DNA from: Vitrella brassicaformis CCMP3155
Taxonomy: Eukaryota; Protista; Chromerida
Assembly (NCBI GenBank): GCA_001179505.1
Contig: CDMY01000275.1
Coordinates: 372,001 to 436,000, forward strand
Reading direction: 5' to 3'
Length of the DNA: 64,000 bases
Positions within the stretch are counted from its first letter, which is position 1, and each line of letters begins with the position of its first letter. The notes below the pieces were generated by a model. That model ran no database searches. It saw only the letters and a program-made list of their open reading frames with translations, and was not told where the DNA came from. Below, piece by piece: positions 59,685 through 64,000 of the stretch. Made by a program: the position numbers and the translations under genes.

Positions 59685-61699
59685 TCAGAACTGCACAGGC
59701 ATCCTGGGCGGCATCCTTCTTGAGTTGGACACCGAGCCCGGAAACCCGTAGCCAGCACTGTGTCCAAACAAGTCACCTGCACAAGATGAAAGAAAAACCA
59801 AGTGCGGTGCAGTGCATGACCACCACGATCGCACCGCACGTGGGTGTCTCTTCTGCCCGCTCACTCACTCACTCACCAGGGAAGCCCAAGTTGTCCCTCT
59901 CCTTTTCCACCTCACCGATGCCAGCATGTCTGTGCTGCCCAGTCTGCCCCGAAGGAAACCCCATCAGCCGATCAAGCGGATGACCACCGGCACCACCCTG
60001 ACCAAACAGATCATTCAGTCCACCCCCCGCGCCGTCTGGGCTGCCGAACAGATCGCTCAACGGGTCTCGTCGCCTCCCTGATTGTCCGTGCGGCTGCTGC
60101 CAGAGGCTGTCGAAGCCAGGGAGGGATGCGTCATGCCGCCTTTGCTCCTCGTGTTGCGCTGCCTCCTGTCCGTCCGTGAGTTGAGCCAGGTGGTTCCTCT
60201 TGTCTTTGCCGAGGGATGAGAGGAGCTTCTGCAGCTGGTCTTCTACAGAGCCTGATGACGCTGGCGAGCCGAAGCCCCTGTCATGTGGAGATGAGCGGTC
60301 CCTCCTGCCCCGCCCGAAAAGTCTCTCCAGATCTTCGAGCATATCGGTCTTCTTGTCAGCAGCAGCAGGTCTCCCATCGAGTGGTGTGCGACCAGCCATG
60401 TGCTCCGCATGCACAGCACCAACATCGTCGTGCACAGCCGCATCTGCTGGCCGGGCGCCCTCAGATGGTTGCTGTGGGGGCTGCTGTGCTGATTGTGCCG
60501 CCTGGTCGACAGATGGCTTGTCCACCTGTGCCCTCAGCTCGGCAGCAGGTAGATCGGCGACGGTCGTAGCGGCGCTGGCGGGCTGTTTCTTGCCATCAAC
60601 GGCGGCTGCAGCGTGTTCTTTCTCCTTGGCAGCGTCCACCGGCTGTTCCTTGGATTGGTCGGAAGCAGGGGGAGGGGCAGCATTGACGTCTTGCTCAGGG
60701 TGGTCCGGGGCGACCGGCTCTCCCTCAATGAGCACGGGCACCTCCCCTCCTCCTTTTGTCTCCTCTTGAGCCGCGCCGCCCTTCTCACCCTCAGTCTGAC
60801 TGCTGCCGATCTTGTCGGCTTGTGGCGGCGCGTCATGCTGTGTGTTGCTCTCAACCGCCGCTTCCACAGGTGGGGGTCTCGCGATACTTGGCATCCCGTC
60901 TCGTCGAAACGCCACATCTCCTCGGGCCACTGCTGCTGGTGCAGCTGGCGCTTCGTCGCCTCTGTCGATTGCCTTGCTGCCGTCTTGCTTCACCGGCGCA
61001 CTCGACGACGCCGTGCTGCCGACAGCTCCTGCTGCCGCCTTGTCGTGTGCGGTGGCGCCTGCCGGCTCGTTGGGAAGGTGGGGTGCCGGCCGCCGTCTCA
61101 GAATGCCTTGGAAGGGGATGTGACTGTGGCTGCTGCCCCGCTCGCTGTCACTCTCAGCAGTGACGGATGCATCCTTGTGTGCACCGCGCTCTGACAGGAC
61201 CTGAAGATCTTGGACAGCGGCGGCGGGAGGGGGAGGGGGAGGGGGAGGAGGAGGAGGAGGGGGAGGCTGCTGGGCCACAGGTGGCACGTGGACGCCTTGA
61301 GGGTCCGTCTTGCCGACTGGTGCCTCTGGTTGTTGGGGCGGTGGCAACTGCTGCTCCTCTGGCTGCTGATGTGCTTGTGGTTGTGGTTGTGCTTGCGCGT
61401 TTGGGTCTTCAGGTAGGCTGGCGCCCTTGCGCGCCTGGTGCGTGAGGTCTGTAGCCTTGACTAAGACGGTCCAGCGCTTCTGAGGGACGCCGTCCAGCAT
61501 CTCCAGTGGAAGCTCACGGAAGCTCACGAACAAGTTGTAGTACAGGTACTGCGCACACAGAGCAAGACAACACAAGACAGCAGGGCGGAATGAGGCCGCC
61601 TGCCTTTGTATCTTGCATCACGTGAGTGACGTTGCCTGCCATGCAGAAGAAGAGGAAGCCGACGACGAGGTTCTTGATGGCGAAAGATTTGACTATCAT
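59685..61699 (-). CDS. Hypothetical protein with N-terminal hydrophobic anchor and long Pro/Gln/Ala-rich disordered region
   Basis: MIVKSFAIKNLVVGFLFFCMAGNVTH spliced to a ~560-codon exon (YLYYNLFVSFRELP...), then a last exon GDLFGHSAGYGFPG...MPVQF* (stop 59685-59687). Confidence 0.65.
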
Positions 61700-61890
61700 C
61701 TTGCAGCCCTGATCTTCGCTGGGAGTGGGGCGACGTTTCACACCATTGCTGTTGCGAGCATGGCCGAGGCCGGCGAGGATCGGCGTTTGCTGTTGACTCC
61801 TTTTCCGTCTAGACTGTATCGCATGCAGACTCAAGTTGCATGAAAACACTGATGCAGGTCCACACAGATCACTCCACACACACCACCCCG

Positions 61891-62973
61891 TCATGGCTGC
61901 TCCATGAACACCACCCGCACTCCCTCAGGATCGATCACAGCAAAGGCAGCCGCACCGTACACCGATGTGTCACATTGCTCGCTACACAAGGGCACGCCGC
62001 TGTCCACCAGCCTCCTTTTGACAGCAGCAAGCTCATCTGCGGGAGCGAAGAAGCCGATGCCGACGAAGCCTGCCTCATTGGCCAAGTCGGGAAACGTTAT
62101 AGACGCCATGGACGGGACGTGCTGAAGCTCCAGCTGGGTGTACGGCCTCTTCCTGCAGACACGCCAGCACACCCGCAGAGGATGGAGGATGACACTGGCC
62201 TGAAGTCTCCCGCCCACTTTCCTCCCTTCCTTGATCCCTGCCTACCAGAGCCATTCACGGTTTGCAACGGCATTTATGTCACTGTCGGGCGGCGACTCGC
62301 TAGTGGTTCCGAGGAAGTGCAGCACGAAGCCGTACTCATCCACCGGCTGTCTCGAGAGGTACGCCATACCCAGTACGTCACGATAGAACCGCAGCGTCTC
62401 GTCCAGCTTGGTTACACGAAGAGTGATCTGCCCCACACCGACTGACTGGCCCAGAGGATGGTCACCCTTCACATCGTTGGGCCCGATTCTCCTGACGTGT
62501 TGGTCGAAGTCGTGCTGGAGCAGCTCAATGGTGTAGCGGGCGGGGTCGGAGATGTGTGTCAGATATCCGATATCGAAGAACTGGCTGGCCTTCGACACAG
62601 AAACGCCCGCATTCCGAAGACACTCGGTGGCGAAGTCAACATCTGCACGGCACACAACGGGGGAGTGTGGATTCACGACAATCCATGCATCGTCGTTCAT
62701 CTCACCTCGCAGTGCAAGCCCTATCTTCCAATATGCGTCGCTTCGCTTGTGCTTGTATGGCCCAATGCTCGTCTGACGGCCGAGCTGCAGCTCCAGCCAA
62801 GCCGACTGCGGCTGACCCTCGAAGCCCAGAAACACCGACTCGCTCACATGTGCTGCAGATGAGGTCCTCTCCGCCATAATGGACATGCCGATGCGTTGTC
62901 GATAGAAGACAACCACAGCATCCTTCTCAGCGGCACTGATGCGGAGGCTGACAAAGCCCAGACGGACTGCCAT
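61891..62973 (-). CDS. Two-domain glyoxalase I-like (VOC superfamily) protein, 3 exons
   Basis: Domain 1: GFVSLRI...FYRQRIGMS...WLELQ...YWKIGLAL...DPARYTIELL. Domain 2: GQITLRVTKLDETLRFYRDVLGM...QLELQH...DPEGVRVVFME*. Introns 62643-62705 and 62153-62245. Confidence 0.85.
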
Positions 62974-63060
62974 GAGAGATCTGACAGAGAAGTCGATGTA
63001 ATGCTATCTGCTGAGCCTCAAGAAGCCCTGGACGCGAAGGCGGGCTTTCCCATGGCTTGC

Positions 63061-63069
63061 AAGCTCGCA
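63061..63069 (-). promoter_or_regulatory. Candidate promoter motif TGCGAGCTT between the divergent glyoxalase-like and SnoaL-like starts
   Basis: AAGCTCGCA on + strand in the 144-bp intergenic region. Confidence 0.55.
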
Positions 63070-63117
63070 CCAGAGGGCTGGAGATCTGCCTCGTCTTCCA
63101 TCTGCGCCAATTCCCCG

Positions 63118-63943
63118 ATGCTGGCGCTCGTGGCGTCTCTTTTCACACTCAGCGGCATCTCTGCTGCCCTCTCTGCTGATATCAGCTCAGCAGCAGCCTC
63201 TCTCGGCAGGCCCATCCAGGCGCACCAGAGCGCACCCCCGCCTTCCACTGAGTCATGGCGGCCCTGGGTAGACATCGGTGATCCCAACTCGAGCCCGTGC
63301 CCGCAGCTGAGGGGGGATGCATCGCAGCGGTGCGGCTCACCTGCACTGCCCTCAAACATCGGGGTGGACGAGGATGCTGCTCTCAGGTCAGTCAGACCTG
63401 AACATGCAGTCGCGTATCGTATTGTGACGGCAGCTTCTGATCTTCTGTGCAGGGCGTCGAAGTTCCCCATCCCGCCCGACGAGCTGATCAACCTGGCGAA
63501 GTTCTTTCTCGTTAAGAACCTCTGGAACATCACAGTACCAGGTAAGTGTGTGGCATGCGACGAGTCAGCTGCAAATGCACACGTGGGGAGGGATACTTGC
63601 ACGGCCGCGTGTCGCAAATTCGCTCAGATTTGATAGCGGATGACTTCGTGTTCACCGGCCCGTTTGTGGGTCCGTTGACCAAGTGGGAGTTGGCGGCCGC
63701 CCTCGACGGCTTCCAGCTGATGGCCGCATTCCCAGACCTCCGAACCAACGTGTACAACTTCAGGTCAGGCGGGGCGGCCACCGAGACAGACAGACAGACA
63801 GACAGGCAGACGGATCACTTGATGCGAGCGACTGGCTGGCTGGCTGGTTGGCTGGCTTGCTGGGTGGCCTGGCTTGTGTGTGGCTGTAGGGTTGACCCCC
63901 TGGAGCCGAACAAAGTGTGGTATTTTAGCCGTGCAGTCGGTAA
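63118..63943 (+). CDS. SnoaL/NTF2-like fold protein of an algal family with signal peptide, partial (continues beyond window)
   Basis: MLALVASLFTLSGISAALSA. Exons FPIPPDELINLAKFF, DLIADDFVFTGPFVGPLTK, AAFPDLRTNVYNFRVDPLEPNKVWYFSRAVG. Fold assignment is by motif resemblance. Confidence 0.6.
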
Positions 63944-64000
63944 GTAAGGAGGGGCGAGTCCGCCTGACTGGCCAAATGGGCTGACTGAGTGCGGTTGAAT

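Noticed and set aside
1700-63800. Frequent TGCATGC(A) words as an ApiAP2-type promoter motif
   Set aside because: The occurrences I saw are mostly in introns and 3' regions among (GT)/(CA) repeats, with no evident start-codon association.

Overview
Eukaryotic, intron-rich genomic DNA with short GT-AG introns full of (GT)n, (GACA)n, (CCAT)n and (GAGT)n microsatellites and two 300-N assembly gaps. Style and gene content suggest a chromerid alveolate such as Vitrella brassicaformis (inference). About 17 spliced genes were reconstructed by eye, so internal exon boundaries are approximate. They are NOM1/Sgd1 (partial), a signal-peptide-bearing plant-like dihydropyrimidinase, a leishmanolysin/GP63-like metalloprotease, a VTC2/3-like SPX-VTC protein with degenerate catalytic residues, a SWEET transporter, a CID-like protein, two inverted BASS4-like paralogs, CWC24, a mucolipin/TRPML-like channel, a coiled-coil protein, a bacterial-type S53-like subtilase, a large LRR + Cys-repeat + ~9TM (CRMP-like) receptor, an EF-hand protein, a two-domain glyoxalase-I-like protein, a SnoaL/NTF2-like protein (partial) and hypotheticals. 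Four observations stand out. (1) A recurrent motif TGCGAGCTT(AG) lies near most inferred start codons, mostly inside very short head-to-head intergenic regions. (2) An LRR-CRMP hybrid receptor is divergently paired with a probably horizontally acquired secreted protease. (3) There is a ~536-bp foldback element with perfect 28-bp terminal inverted repeats and palindromic 20-bp subrepeats. (4) The inverted BASS paralogs show patchy gene conversion.
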